A stretch of 64,000 nucleotides of DNA, from positions 9,302,001 through 9,366,000 of the forward strand of contig CM075993.1 in assembly GCA_038087875.1 (NCBI GenBank). Direction: 5' to 3'. This stretch comes from Malacoraja senta (lineage: Eukaryota). The translations under genes were made by a program, and so were the position numbers. This document shows, piece after piece, positions 12,061 to 25,451 of the stretch. Within the stretch, counting starts at the first letter, position 1. The number at the start of each line of letters is the position of its first letter. The notes under the pieces are model-generated. The model ran no database searches and had not been told where the DNA came from. It worked only from the letters and a program-made list of their open reading frames with translations.

Positions 12061-15000
12061 ATGAATTACCAAAGGAAATCACCATGTTTATTGCCCATGA
12101 TATGATAATGTATTTGCTTAATACTTGACAGTGTATTGTAAACATAATTCTCAATAACTAGTAGAGAGAATCATACAGTAATTCCCCAATGAACCTTGTT
12201 TGGATCAAAATTTATCAATAGGAGTGACAAAACTTGTGAGAAATAATTCTAATAAAATCTTCATTTTAATACACATTCATGAATCTGTCATTGTTTCATA
12301 ATCATGCCAACAATTACTCTTTGTTCAGCTGCGATCTCTGTCAATAAATAATAATATTTGCCCATTATAGTCAGAAACATCACATTATAACTCTTCAGCC
12401 ATGATTTCCTGCAATTTGAAGAACAGCTGTATTCACTCCTATTATCTTTAGTACATATTCCATCTGGACAAACCGAGAGGTCATGATGCTTGCTTCTGCA
12501 ACATCTGGAGGAAATTCTCCCTTTCAATGTCCCAAACTAACCAAATAACATGCACAGGCATAAGCTTCTCAAGGCTTTTTCAATTCTCCCTGAATACAGA
12601 TATTAATGCATTATTTGCAAAAATACACTTAACTCTGCACAATTTTACAAATTAATTCATCAGTAAAATTCCTTCTTGTGGGCAGGTAGACTGCCTGCAA
12701 ATGGAGGATAGTGATGAATTTTTGGGAACAGTTCAATTTGAGAACAATCCTGTTTGGTATTCGTGGTTTACATGGACATTAGTGTGGTTTTGACAAGATC
12801 ATGCATGGTAAGCTGCTCAGAAAGATAAGTCACAAGAGCTGAAAGATGTAGATACCAGAAGCTTGAGTAAAAAATGAAGTGCTGGAGGTACACAGCAGGT
12901 TAGGTAGCATTTATGGAGGGAAATGGATAAGTGTCGTTTTGGGTCAGGTCCCTTTTCCAAGTGTCGTTTTGGGTCAGGTCCCAGTGAAAGTCATGTCCCT
13001 TTTCTTGCTGCAGCAGAATGCACATTGCAACAATGCAATGAGTTCTTCAGATACTTGGAGAAGAGATCAGAGAATGATCCCAGTGGCGGCTTTCTGTGAG
13101 GCAGACAGCAGAGAACCTCCTTCATATTTACTGCAATCAGACTTGCATGCATACTTGAAAAGTCACAATGACAGTGGACTAAGAAAATTAAAGAAGAGGT
13201 GATCATCTAAAACATTGACTATTATTCTTGCTATAGATACTGCTTGACCCCTGAGCATTTCTAGCATTTTCTGCTTATGTTTAAGAATCAAGAAAGGCTC
13301 ACCAAAGACAGTAAGACAGCATTTAAAATCTCTTCAGCTAAGACACATTGATGGAAATATCCTTGATTCCATTCCACAGCACAATATCCACCAGTCCGTC
13401 ACTACCTACTCCCAAGAAATTGAAAACATTAACCATCAGCTGAAAAACATTAAGGCCTCTGAGGCAGACAACATCACATTAACTAACAAAACATGATAGA
13501 GATGTACTTCTCCTCTCATCTCTCTCACATGGAATGAGGGGAACATACTGGAGGATGTCAGAGATGCCACAATAGATTTCATTCTGATAGTACTTAGAAT
13601 GATTTTGATTTAAAAAATTCTGAAACATTTCATCACAATTTTGAGATGTACTAGAGTGTTTCATAATCAGAGAATTAGATCTAATGAAGTCATAAAATAC
13701 TGGAATAACGCAGTGGGTCAGGCAGCATCTTTGAAGAATATGGATAGATGAAGTTTCAGGTTAGGACCTTTCTTCAGTCTGGGTATGCAAATAAAGCTAT
13801 CAATTCATGTTGTTAAGCTGTTTTACTAAGCCTCAAGAAAGCAGTGACTAAAAGTTGCATCATGATTTTAGAAAGAACTTCCAAAGATCAATCTTAGGCT
13901 CCATTTCATTTCTGATCTACATGCTGTCCCTCTGAGGCATTAACTGAAAATACATCACGGTCCACAACATTCAGCTCAAGATTTCCATCACTTCTCACAA
14001 TCCACCTCATTGCCACCATGCAATCAAATTGCATGCCCATTATCTAGCCCTAGTTGAATAGAATCCACCTAATTAAATGTATAAAAAACCTGAAACTTAT
14101 CTTCTGCCTGCACCATAAAATTAGATCCATGCTCACAATAGGCTATTCAATTTTACTATCACTGAACCACACTATTCATAACCTCAACAGAGTACTTGGA
14201 TTGCATAGTGGTAGTGCTGCTACCTCAGCGATTCTGGTTCAATCCTGATCTCTGCTGCTATCTGTGTGGAGTTTGCACATTCTTCCTGAGACCATGTGGG
14301 TTTCCATTAAGTGCTCGTTTCCTTCCACTTTTCAAAATGTGCAGGTTGGTAGGTTAATTAGTGATGAGTGTGTGTGATGTGTGGTAGAATTTGGAGAAAT
14401 GTGCTTGGATAGGACTAATGCACTGCCATTTTTGGCGCCATTATTCAAAGTCTGAAGTCCTGTCAGCCCGTCTGGCCATCTTTGTGACCTAGCGTTGCCA
14501 CCTGCAATCGATCTTGAAGGCGCTGGAGGCATTACCCTGGTTCACTCTCCTCCCAGCCTATGCTCCTCACATCCATTGTCTCCAGCTTCCTCCCGGTCCT
14601 GCCGTCCGACGACCCTACGGGTGGGTTACCGGTACCGTTGACCACCGAGCCTTTAGGCGGGTTCCTGGTCCCGTCGGCCGGCAAGCCTTCGGTTGACGTT
14701 CCACCAAGCGGGTGGACACCGCGACACCTCGGGAAGGCATCTACTGCGAGGCACCTAGGGCCCTTATGCCTATATCTTGCCTTATGTCCAACAATGTTTT
14801 TATATTACAATTCCCATTCTCATGTTAAAATTCCTCCACGGTCTTGCTTTTTCCTAAGACCGTAACTTCTTTCAGGCTTACAGCCCTCCAGGAATTCAGT
14901 TTACCCTCAACTCTAGCATCTTTGCATCACTCATTTCCTGTGTACAAATCTTTTAGTTATTACATCACCAGATGTTTTGTTTTCAAATGCATCTTTTCTT

Positions 15001-15106
15001 TGTTTAGCATATTCCTGATCAATATGCATTGTCTTTTTTTTGGTTCCTTGTCATTTTTTCCCGCTACTCTATAAAGAGTCTTGAAATAATTTCAAGTCAC
15101 TATATA

Positions 15107-16145
15107 TAGGTATGTTACAATACTTGCCTTCAGCGGCGCTGTAATTCTGTCACTGGCCGTGTGCGCGATTTTGGCGCCTTTAAGGGGGGGCGGGGTTAAA
15201 GCGTGGGTTTCTCCTCCCTTGTCCTGAATTATACTTTGTTGGAGTACCAGCTCTGTGGAAGAAGCGTTCCGAGTGCCGTTTTGCGTAGTTTGTTTTAAAA
15301 ATCTCCCAACAAGTTCAGCGTTGGGAATCATTTTAAAATCATCTTCTGAAGCGTCAACGCCAACAACGGGGACGGATTTCACACAAGGGAAAGGTAAACG
15401 AAAGTGCTTTATTTTAATGTATAAACGTTCTCCTTAAGAGGCCTTTAATTCACATTTTTACATGCGACATGGTGATTTTATTCCCCGAATTAACGGCAGT
15501 ATTTTTCATGCCAATACGGGGTTAAATTCACCGCAAATGAACGTTCCAAAAGATCGCGTTCCAGAAATCCTCACTCGCAAGATGAATTAAATCCCCATTA
15601 ATTTACAGGTATTAAACATTCAATTCCTTCCATTTGGCCTGTAAATTCATGAAAATTAGATTTAAAAATTATGTTATATTGTGAATTATTGTGTGAATGT
15701 TATTTGGACACTTAGGCTATTTAAAAATGTTAATCTATTCTTAAGAAATTGATAGATGTTTAGATCTAGTAATTTAATATTGTAATTAGCTACAATTAGG
15801 TAACTAACTAATTATATGCTTTACTTTCATGTCTTCGAAGTAAGATTGTTTCATATTTGTTTCAATGCTTCAATCTATAATAACTGAAAATTTCTTTCAG
15901 TTATCATAATTTTTAAGAAAGTTATGGGCTTTTAACTGTCCTCGATCACAGCTTTTGTGTTAAGTCAATGGAAAAGCAATAGGGAACTAGATGCTAATTT
16001 CTGAGTATGATAATGGCCATAACTTTTTTAATACTGAAGATATGAAAGTGAATTAAGTGTCAAATTAAACTTCTTTTTATGCTTTATCTGATGGGATAAA
16101 TTGCAGACTTTATTTTTAAAATCTCAAAATTTTGTAACATTGCTA
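15107..16145 (+). mobile_element. Non-autonomous internal-deletion derivative (1039 bp) of the hATw-like transposon
   Basis: Same TIRs. Perfect 7-bp TSD CTATATA at 15100-15106 and 16146-16152. Colinear with 34907-~35580 plus ~38812-39179 of the autonomous copy. Confidence 0.9.
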
Positions 16146-17717
16146 CTATATATAACCCTATATAAACACTAGTTAGGTTTTTTGCCATTTACCATTACTT
16201 AGCCCACAGACCTAACCGATCAAGATTCTACTATAATTTTTGATAAACTTCTTCATTGTCTACAATACCATCTATTTTAATGTTATCTGCAAACTTACTA
16301 ATCAGGCCTTATACATTCTCATTCAAATTGATTATATAAATGTTGAGCAACAATGGCCCAGCCCAGTCACAGGCCTCTATCCAAAAAACAACTTTCCACC
16401 ATCACCTCTGTTTCCTGTCACCAAGGCAATTATGTATTCAATTAGCTAGCCCTCCTGGATTTCTTGCGATCTAATCTCTCAGACAAGCCTACCATGCTGA
16501 AGTCCATATGGCCTTGATGAAGTCCATGTAGATAACATCCACCACCCTACTGTCATCATTCCTCTACCACTTCTCTTCAAAAAACTCCAACAGATTTCAG
16601 AGACATGATTTTGTGTACACAAAGTAGTGCTGACTACCCCTAATGAGTCCCTGTCTATTCAAATGCTGGCAAATTGGGCATCTCAGAATCCCTCCCAGTA
16701 ACCTTCCCCCACCACTCAGGCTCACTGGGCTGTAGTTCTTGTCGCTCTTGTTAAAGAATGGCACTATATTGGCCATCCTCTAATTTTCCGGAATTTCATT
16801 TGCGGCTAAAGATGATGTAAATATCTATGCAAGGGCCTCTGCAATTTCCTCCCTGCCTTCCCACAAAGTCTGAGAATGCATTTAGTCAGGTCCCGGGCAT
16901 TTATTCACATTAATGCACTTTAACAGGGTGACACAGTGGCTCAGCTGTTAAAGCTGTTGCTCCTCAGTGTCAGAGACACATGCTTGATCCTGACCTCAGG
17001 AGCTGTCCATTTCTGTGACCGCATGGGCTTCCTCCGGGTGCTCCGGTTTCCTCCTACTTCCCAAATACGTGCAGGTTTGTTGGTTAATTGGCTTTGTAAG
17101 TTGCCATGAGTGTGTACAGTGATAAGAAAGTGAGATAACATATAATTTAGTGAGAACGGGTGATCGATGGTCGGCGAGGACTCGGTAGACTGAAGTGCCT
17201 GGCTGTATCCATGCTCAATCTCTAACAAATGAAACATAAACAGTACCGTAAATTGCCTCCTCTTTGGCAATTTGCACATAGCCCACTACATCACAACATC
17301 ATGTTCTTCTCCACAGTAAAATTTGATAAAATTATAAATGCAAAATTATGTTTGAACAATTTATTGAGTTTCTTAAAATAACTTTTGCTGGTGATAAAAG
17401 GGAACCTGTGGATATGTACTATACTTGATTTCCAGAAGGCATTTGACAAGATGCCACATCAAAGATTATTGTAGAAAATAAAATTTGATAGGGCAGGAGG
17501 TAACACAATGGCATAGACAGAAGTCTAACAATCAATAGGAAATCAAGTGAGGCATACATTTGTCACATTCTAGTTGTAAGTAAAACAAGAAGTGTACTGC
17601 AAGGATTGGTACTGGGGCCTGAATCTGAAGGTACTAAAGGTACAATTACCAAATTGTTGATGACAAAAAGATAGGTAGGAAATGTAATTGTGATAAGGAC
17701 ATAAGGGAGCTCAATTA

Positions 17718-19230
17718 CAGTGCTCTCCATAAAGTTTGGGACAAAGACCTATCATTCCTTTATTTGCCTCTGTACTCCACAATTTAAGATTTGGAATATT
17801 AAAAAATCACATGTGGAAAAAGTGCACATTGTCAGATTTTATTAAAGGCCATTTTTATACATTTTGGTTTCACCATGTAGAAATACAATTGTGTTTATAC
17901 ATAGTCCCCCTATTTCAGGGCACCATAATGTTTGGGACACATGGCTTCACAGGTGTTTGTAATTGCTCAGGTGTGTTTAATTGCCTCCTTAATGCAGGTA
18001 TACGAGCTTTTAGCACCTAGTCTTTCCTCCTGTCTTTGCATCACCTTTGGAAACTTTTATTTCTGTTTATCAACATGAGGTCCAAAGTTGTGCCAGTGAA
18101 AGTCAAATAAGCCATTATGAGACTGAGAAACAAGAATAAAACTATTAGAGACATCAGCCAAACCTTTGGCTTACCAAAATCAACTGTTTGGAACATCATT
18201 AAGAAGAAAGAGAGCACTGGCGAGCTTATTAATCGCAAAGGGACTGGCAGGCCAAGGAAGGCCTCAACAGCTGATGACAGAATTCTCTCTATAATAAAGA
18301 AAAAAAACAGACACCTGTCCCACAGATCAGAAACACTCTTCAGCAGTCAGGTGTGGATTTATCATATTTATCTGAAGAAGGGTTTCGGCCTGAAACGTTG
18401 CCTATTTCCTTCGCTCCATAGATGCTGCTGCACCCGCTGAGTTTCTCCAGCATTTTTGTGTACCGTGGATATATCAATGACCACTGTCTGCAGAAGACTT
18501 CATGAACAGAAATACAGAGGCTACACTGCAAGATGCAAACCACTGGTTTGCCGCAAAAATAGGATGGATGGGTTAGAGCTTGCTAAGAAGTACTTAAAAG
18601 AGCAACCACAGTTCTGGAAAAAGGACTTTTGGACAGATGAGACAAAGATTAACGTATATCAGAGTGATGGCAAGAAAAAGGGAAGTAGAAGAGAAGAAAC
18701 AGCCCAAGATCCAAAGCATACCACCTCATCTGTGAAACATAGTGGTGGGGGTGTTATGGCCTGGGCATCTATGGCTGCTGAAGGTACTGGCTCACTTATC
18801 TTCCTTGATGATACAACTGCTGATGGTAGTAGCATAATGAATTCTAAAAGTGTATAGACACATCCCATCTGCTCAAGTTCAAACAAATGCCTCAAAACTC
18901 ATTGGCCGGCGGTTCATTCTACAGCAAGATAATGATCCCAAATATATTGGTAAATCAACAAAGGAGTTTTTCAAAACTAAAAAAAATTCAATTCTTGAGT
19001 GGCCAAGTCAATCACCCAATTTGAACCCAATTGAGCATGCCTTTTATATGCTGAAGAGAAAACTGAAGGGGACTAGTCCCCAAAACAGGCATAAGCTAAA
19101 GATGGCTGCAATACAGGCCTGGCAGAGTATCATCAGAGAAGACACCCAGCAAATGGTGATGTCCATGAATCGCAGACTTTAAGCAGCTATGGCATGCAAA
19201 GGATATGCAACAAAATACTAAACATGACTA
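17718..19230 (+). mobile_element. Tc1-like DD34E transposon, frameshifted, right TIR not found
   Basis: Starts TA|CAGTG, with direct repeats ccataa.gtttgggaca ~200 bp apart (IR/DR type). ORF pieces carry KGTGRPRK, FWTDETK and QQDNDPK...SPNLNPIE, with 34 residues between D and E. Confidence 0.88.
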
Positions 19231-20144
19231 ATCTTGCGATGCAGGTGCTGGGGATCTACTGCCTCTCAGTCTCTTTATTTATTCCAATAATTTTGTCTTA
19301 ACTAATGCTAATTACTTTCAGCTCTCAGGGTGATTTTCTTTTGTGAAGCCAAACACAAAATATTTGCATAATTTCTATCATTGTTCCACAATATATTTTC
19401 TCCTATCTCGGTCTGCAAGGATTCCACTTTATTCTTTTTCCTGTTGAGCAATCTATGGAAGATTTTAGAGTTATTTTATGTGTAACCCTGGGAGTACTCT
19501 AGTATCTAATTTCCCCGACATATATTTACCTTATCTGTATTTTTGTAGTCAAAATCCTGGAGCTTCTTGCCAACAACTATATGGGTATAGTCCCTCCACA
19601 CACACAAACACACACAGGCGCTCCACACCACAAGTCCCTGAAAGGAAAACAGGTACGATAGAAGTCTCCGAAGCCTTGTATTGAGGGATGAAGGGACTGC
19701 GAATATCCTTCTTAACCTGGGTTACTTGCAGCAAGTCATCTCCTTTTTATGTCTGCTACAACCTGTAACATTGAATCAATGGCCAAGAAAGCACAACAAT
19801 GCCTCTACTTCTTCAGAAGCCTTAGGAAGTTCAGCACATCTCCAACACCTCTTATCAACTTCCACAGATGCACAACAGAAAGCATTCAATTCATCACAGC
19901 TTGGTTTCGCAACAGCTCTCACGAAGACTGCAAGCAATTGAAGAGTTGTGCATGTAGTCCAGTCCATCTGACTGACCATCCTCCCACCTATCAATTGCAT
20001 CTACACGTCCCACAGCCTCAGGAAAGCAGCCAACATAATCAAGAATCATTTTTACACTGGCCAATCCCTCTTTTCCCCTCTCCTGAGGATACAAAAGCCT
20101 GAAAGCAAGCACCAACAAATTCAGCTTCTTCCCCATTGTAATTA

Positions 20145-21535
20145 TTTTTTTTATTTTTTTTAATTTTTATTTATTAGAAGTACATTACATTACAACCACA
20201 TACATTAGTACTCGTCATTTATATCTTCTTACAATTAATGTACTCCATTTATTTTTTACACTAGAAAAGGAAAAGATTGAAAGAAAGAAGAAAGTGAAGG
20301 AAAAAGTGGAAGTGTAGGAAATGTGACAACAAAAAAGGACGAAGACCCTATAAGAGCAAAATTAAAAACAAAAGAAAAAGAGTTAAGAAATAGACCCTAG
20401 GAAAGAAAGAGAGAGAGAAAGAGGAAAAAGAGAGAAACAAATATTTTTATGAGCATTACGTAAATGGGACATACCAACTCTTCAACTATCATCCCCCCTT
20501 ACCTGACCTCAATTTTTTTTTTTAAGTACTTTTGCACCCTATGTTTGTAATAATTCTATAAATGCAGACCACGTCAGGTGGAAGTGATCTGGTTTACCTG
20601 CTAGGAGGAGTCTTATCTCTTCTAGGTGTAATGTTTCAAACATATTTGAAATCCACATATTTATAGTTGGTATTGGAGCCTTCTTCCAAAATTTTAGAAT
20701 TAGCTTTTTTCCAGTTATTAACCCATAGTCCATTAGTTTCTTTTGAAACACATTTAGTTCTGGACTATCTTCCGTTATACCGAAGATAATCCATTCTGCT
20801 TTGGGTATCAGTCTTGTTTTAAATAACTTTGTAAAGATTTCAAAAATTTCATTCCAAAACTTTTGAATTTTTGTACAGAAAACAAATGAGTGCGCTATAG
20901 TNNNNNNNNNNNNNNNNNNNNNNNNNNNNNNNNNNNNNNNNNNNNNNNNNNNNNNNNNNNNNNNNNNNNNNNNNNNNNNNNNNNNNNNNNNNNNNNNNNN
21001 NNNNNNNNNNNNNNNNNNNNNNNNNNNNNNNNNNNNNNNNNNNNNNNNNNNNNNNNNNNNNNNNNNNNNNNNNNNNNNNNNNNNNNNNNNNNNNNNNNNN
21101 NTATAGTGATTTGAGGTTTTGTAATGTACAGTAATATATCATCCGCGTATAAAGATATTTTATTATATGAATCTTTAGTATTATATCCATGGATATCAGG
21201 GTGTATTCTAATTTTTTCTGCTAGCGGTTCAATAATGAGAGCAAACAGCTGTGGTGATAATGAGCATCCTTGTCTATTTCCCCTTGATAGTTGGAATTTC
21301 GAGGATAATATGTTATTAGTTAGTATTCTAGCTGTAGGTTTGTTATATAGTAACTTGATCCATAGAATAAAATTCTCCCCCAGTTGAATTTTTTGTAATA
21401 CTTTGTCCATATAATTCCATTCTACTTGATCAAATGCTTTTTCAGCATCCAGCGAAATGATTGATAATTCTTGATCTTCAGATTTGTGTGAGTGCATTAT
21501 GTTGAGTAGACGTCTCATATTGTTAGATGAGTATC
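20145..21535 (-). mobile_element. 5'-truncated L1/Tx1-clade LINE spanning an assembly gap
   Basis: IISLDAEKAFD.VEW, RQGC.LSP.LFAL.IEPLA and SLYADD motifs; A-rich tail; perfect 15-bp TSD TCCCCATTGTAATTA at 20130-20144 and 21536-21550. Confidence 0.88.
20902..21101. other. Assembly gap (200 N)
   Basis: Run of exactly 200 N. Confidence 1.
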
Positions 21536-23535
21536 TCCCCATTGTAATTAGACTAGTAAATGGTCCACCCATAAGGTAGAAGTAATCCAGATCTTCCAAC
21601 CTACCTCATCATGGATTTGGATTCTCTTTTTATCTGCACTTCCTCTGTAACTGTAACACTTAAATGGTGTGACACTGTATTTTGCACTCTAGTATTTTTC
21701 TCTATGTACCACCTGTTTTGTGTATGGCTTGATTGTACTCATGCATAGTATGATTTGACTGGACAGCATGCAAACAAAACTTGTTGTTGTATATTGTATA
21801 TGCAACAATAATAAATCAATACTCTCATGCAAGCCATATTCTTAATCACCAGTTTCCCAATAAACTCAATTTCAGTGTCAAGCAAAGATGCAAGCAGCTT
21901 TCTTACTATGATTCTACAGCTCAAATCCAACAATGTACAAGGCAAAGTACATTGTCTAAGGACAAATGGGAAGATGTTCAAACTATATTGTGTAGGAACT
22001 GCAGATGTTGGTTTAAACCGAAGATAGACATAAAATGCTGGAGTAACACAGCCCGTCAGGCAGTATCTCTGGAGAAAAGGAATAGGCACCTAGAGAATCT
22101 CCAGATACTGACTGACCTGTTTTATGACCCCAACCAAGCCAAGTGAGTCTCTACATAGGACGGAACTAGATGCGGGTTTACACCGAAGATAGACATTAAA
22201 TGCTAGAGTAACAGCTGGGGCAGGCAGCATTTCTGGAGAGAAGGAATGGATGACATTTCCGGTCGAAACCCTTCTTCCTATTGAGTGTGGGGGAAAGGGA
22301 AACAAGAGATGTAGACGGTGTTGATCATCACCATCTATATCATTCGGTTCCGTTTCTTCTGACGTTCAATCTATATTGTCTCTACTCCAGAACAAAAGTC
22401 ACCCTAAACTTGGACATTGAGCTGCAGTATACAGGCAAAACTTATATTTTATTTATTTATAGATTCACCTCATTTCTACAAAACAACACAAAGTGCTGAA
22501 ATGACAGTTGATCATGCTGAGTTTTCCACAAAATCTTTACCAATCTACCCACTGTAAAACATTGCCATCTGACAATGGAGGTCCATGGCGAGTCCCTGAT
22601 AGGATGGACCCATTTCCAATGTTCCCTCTAATTTTTAGTAGTTCGTGTGTGCAGAAATCTCGTATTGTGCAATTTTTCATGCGGTTACAATGTGTGTGCG
22701 CACTGAATTCTTGTGCAAATATAAACCTGAATTTGTTTCACAATATTTTTGCCATAGCCTCTCTCATGGCTAATAAAACTGTATTGCAGGGCTCGAAATT
22801 AGCGGTTGCCCGGGTGCCACTGACCACTCAAAGCGCCGACGGGCAACCTAAACAACGAGTCATTTTGCCCGACTTGGCAACCAGATACTGGTTTGTACCA
22901 AAGATAGACACAAAAAAATGGAGTAACTCCGCGGGTCAGGCAGCATCTCTGGAGAAAAGGAACGCGACGTTTCGTGTTGGCGGCGGCTGTGCGGGGCAAA
23001 GATACTAGGTGTGGTGTGAGGAAGGGTCGGAGCGAATGACGGGCCCCGAACAGCGGCAGCAGCAGCTCCATCTCCTCCTGCCCGCCCTGATAAGGGCCGC
23101 TGCTTGCAAACCCGCTAACGGCGATAACCGCTTTCGAAACAAACCCTCCTGCACGCCGAGGCCGGGAGGAGGGAGGGAGGGAGAGGCCTCGGCATGCCGG
23201 AGGGTTTGTTTCGAAAGCGGTTATCTCCGTTAGCGGGTTTGCAAGCAGAGGCCCTAATCAGGGCGGGCGGGGTCGGGGGGCGGGAGGAGGAGCAAATGGA
23301 GCCGCTGCTGCTGCTGCCGCTCTGCGAAGCCCGTCATTCGCTTTGACTCGTCTGAAGCAGCTGCACCAAAGATCTTATAGCTATAGAATCTCTGAGCTGC
23401 ACCGCTCGGCCCCGCACCTTGCTGTTGGCTGGCGGAGGAGGGAGGCGGTGGCGAGGAGTTCCCAACGGCCAAGGCAGCAGGGCGATGTTGTCCGAGGAGC
23501 GCTGATCTTCCTTCCTCCCCACCTCGCCCACCCCC

Positions 23536-23572
<37 letters not shown>

Positions 23573-25451
23573 ACGCCACCTCCACCCCCTTAACCTGGGA
23601 CCCCTCCGGCACTGATCCCCATTCCCGCGTCTATTCAGTCCTCACTGACATCCCCTGTGCTCCCCTCCCCATCTACCACCCCCCCCCATCTATTCATCCT
23701 GCGCTGATAACCCTATCCACCTCGCATTGATTCTCCTGCCACCCCCCCCCCCCCCCATCCTACACTGGTTCCCCAATTCACCCTGTACTTACCCCTTTCC
23801 CATCCATCCTGCACTTCTCCTCCATCCATCCTGTACTAATCCCCCATCCATCCTGTACTAATCCACGCATTCATCCCGTACTGACCCACCCTCCATTTAC
23901 CCTGCACCTTCTCCCCCTTCCCCTCATTCATCCTGTAGTGATCCCCCATTCATCCTGCAGACCCTCCGATCCACACTGTACTGACCCCCTCCCATTCATC
24001 CTGCGCTGATCTCCCCCCCCATCCATCCTGTACTTATCCTCCCATTCAAAAAGAATGGGGGGAACAGTCTGAAGAAGGGTCTCGACCCGAAACCGTGCCG
24101 ATTTCCTTTGCTCCATAGATGCTGCCTCACCCGCTGAGTTTCTCCAGCACTTTTGTCTACCCCCATCCATCCCGTACTGAATCCCCCATTCAACACCACT
24201 GACATCCCCTATGCTCTCCCCTCACAATTTTACCTACTCCAACCAACACGTACTAATTCACCTGCCTCATTCCATCCATTCTGCACTGACTGCCTTCTAA
24301 CCCCCCCCCCCCCCCACCATCTATCCACCCCGCACTGATTCACACCCCCCCCCTCCCTGACCCTATTGTGCTGGAAATGTCTTCAGAGCGAACATTGACA
24401 ATGTTTGATAACGGAATGCAATCAAATGTGTTTTAATTCCCAATGTTATTATTTGTTTTAATCCATAAAGATGGATTAATTAAATTGTGAACACGTGAAA
24501 CATTAAAACCGCAGTGTTCGATTGTCACTGCTACCATTGACACGTTATTACAGAATTCATTTTAACGGCAAATCAATGCTCTTAATATGGAGTATCAGTA
24601 CTGTAGTTATTTAATGAGCAACATTCACAACTATACGTACGCATATATTTTACCATGGTCCAGGATTTATTGACACAGGTTGATCATATGCTGAATAATC
24701 CAACCACATTTTTGTTTGGAAGTGGAAAGAACTAATAGAAATTGCATTAATTGCAATGTGTAAAAAGAGTTGAGATACTGTCTTATAATTTTGCTGCGTC
24801 ATTTAGGCTGTGGGCCGAGGAGCTTTATTCCAGTGTTTCGTGACCCAAGTCACCAAACTACATGAAATTTTCACATATTGTGTAAAAAAATCATATAAAT
24901 CACCCCTGAAACTCGTCATGAACAAGACTTGCACATTTTCATTAAATTAGAGAAAAAACGGAAATTTTGGGGGTATTTTTAGTCCAATCAAAGCACGTTT
25001 AACATTGAGTTGTATGCCAGTTGGCCAATCACGCGCTTTGTTTCAGGCTAGCTAGGCAGGGAGCACTGAGAGGGCTTCACTGATGCCTGTTTTACTGGAG
25101 ATTCCGATGAAGATTTTTTCTAGTTCTGTGGAATACATGTCGTGGAAACTTGCAGCAGGGTAATTGTATTAAGTGATAAAAGCATGAAGAAGTCTGAAGA
25201 ATGTGCAGCTAAGTGGAATAAAGTCTTGAAAGCAATGTCCCTGCCTGAGCTGCTGCTGTCAAATTTTGTGAATCAACTGGAACTGAAAAGGTAAGATCTA
25301 AAGTCTGAATTTATGAAAATTAATCTGTATGCACTTTAATTAATTTAATTGCACCTTTATAATGAGAAAAAATGAAATTTGGAGGCTGTACATTCACTCA
25401 TTCATACACTCATTCATTCACTTATTCATACACTCATTCACACATTCACCT

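Larger units (their letters stand above)
19770..21800 (+). mobile_element. Rex/Babar-like LINE 3' fragment, split by the L1 insertion
   Basis: KKAQQ.LYF.R.LRKF...RCT.ESI motif in ORF 19749-20102; the sequence resumes after the L1 TSD. Confidence 0.6.

Noticed and set aside
12288..12527. Cys-containing minus-strand ORF as a possible further fibrillin exon
   Set aside because: Cys spacing does not fit EGF, TB or hybrid domains, and it does not resemble the expected DYRTGPC exon.
14420..14795. Possible LTR plus primer-binding site (TGTTGG... and TGGCGCC on the minus strand)
   Set aside because: No CA terminus next to the putative PBS, and no TSD or second LTR; left unclassified.
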